From: Minisyncoccota bacterium
GTDB lineage: Bacteria; Patescibacteriota; Minisyncoccia; Phycocordibacterales; VMEP01
NCBI GenBank assembly: GCA_041661305.1
Contig: JBAZUR010000002.1
Span: forward strand, 76,621 to 110,258
DNA length: 33,638 nt
Direction: 5' to 3'
Shown here one piece after another: positions 33,542 through 33,638 of the stretch. The number at the start of each line of letters is the position of its first letter. Position 1 is the first letter of the stretch. The position numbers and the translations under genes were made by a program. Below the pieces are notes generated by a model that saw only the letters and a program-made list of their open reading frames with translations, did no database searches and was not told the origin of the DNA.

Positions 33542-33628
33542 CGGAGACGGTGGGATTCGAACCCACGGTCCCGATTAAGGGACGCCTCGTTAGCAGTGAG
33601 GTGCTTTCGACCACTCAGCCACGTCTCC
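33542..33628 (-). tRNA. tRNA-Ser(GCU), CCA not encoded
   Basis: GGAGACG/CGTCTCC acceptor, G73, anticodon loop CTGCTAA, long variable arm, T loop TTCGAAT; one A31-C39 mismatch. Confidence 0.95.
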
Positions 33629-33638
33629 ATATATTGTA

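Noticed and set aside
1-33638. Alternative genetic code (TGA as Gly or Trp)
   Set aside because: Long conserved genes contain no in-frame TGA, and TGA ends the beta-CASP gene directly after its conserved C-terminus

Overview
AT-rich bacterial chromosome segment whose gene content points to a Patescibacteria (CPR), probably Parcubacteria, genome using the standard genetic code: rpmD/L30 is missing between rpsE and rplO, and there are GYAWSENIGW-repeat surface proteins, a soluble VirD4/VirB4-like ATPase and a DUF5679 protein. The taxon call is inferred from gene content, not from a phylogeny. 1-11.8 kb is the S10-spc ribosomal cluster (rplW to rplO, secY, adk, map). It is cut twice by strong terminators and small GC-richer insertions, and is restarted by two near-identical promoters that share a +1 hairpin. 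11.8-20.2 kb holds three surface/pilin-like genes, the ATPase, ndk, an unannotated compact 6S-like RNA, a beta-CASP nuclease and a SLOG protein. 20.2-26.2 kb holds infC-rpmI-rplT, tRNA-Ala(GGC), a probable horizontally acquired threonine synthase, small hypothetical proteins, tmRNA and smpB. 26.6-33.6 kb holds ftsH, a PHP hydrolase, tRNA-Ile(UAU), recG, dedA and tRNA-Ser(GCU). The most unusual signal is non-coding. (1) A family of five palindromic elements has covarying hairpins with TGCT and CGTC loops and is flanked by inverted copies of local sequence. (2) Two of them carry an inverted copy of the adjacent tRNA/tmRNA 3' end with the same 25-nt hairpin inserted at position 65/66. (3) An intact tRNA-Ile(UAU) is nested exactly at position 37/38 of a broken copy of itself, whose 5' half is hit twice by mini-hairpins at TTA^G. 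No integrase, transposase, reverse transcriptase, CRISPR array or rRNA was found. All alignments and folds were done by eye.
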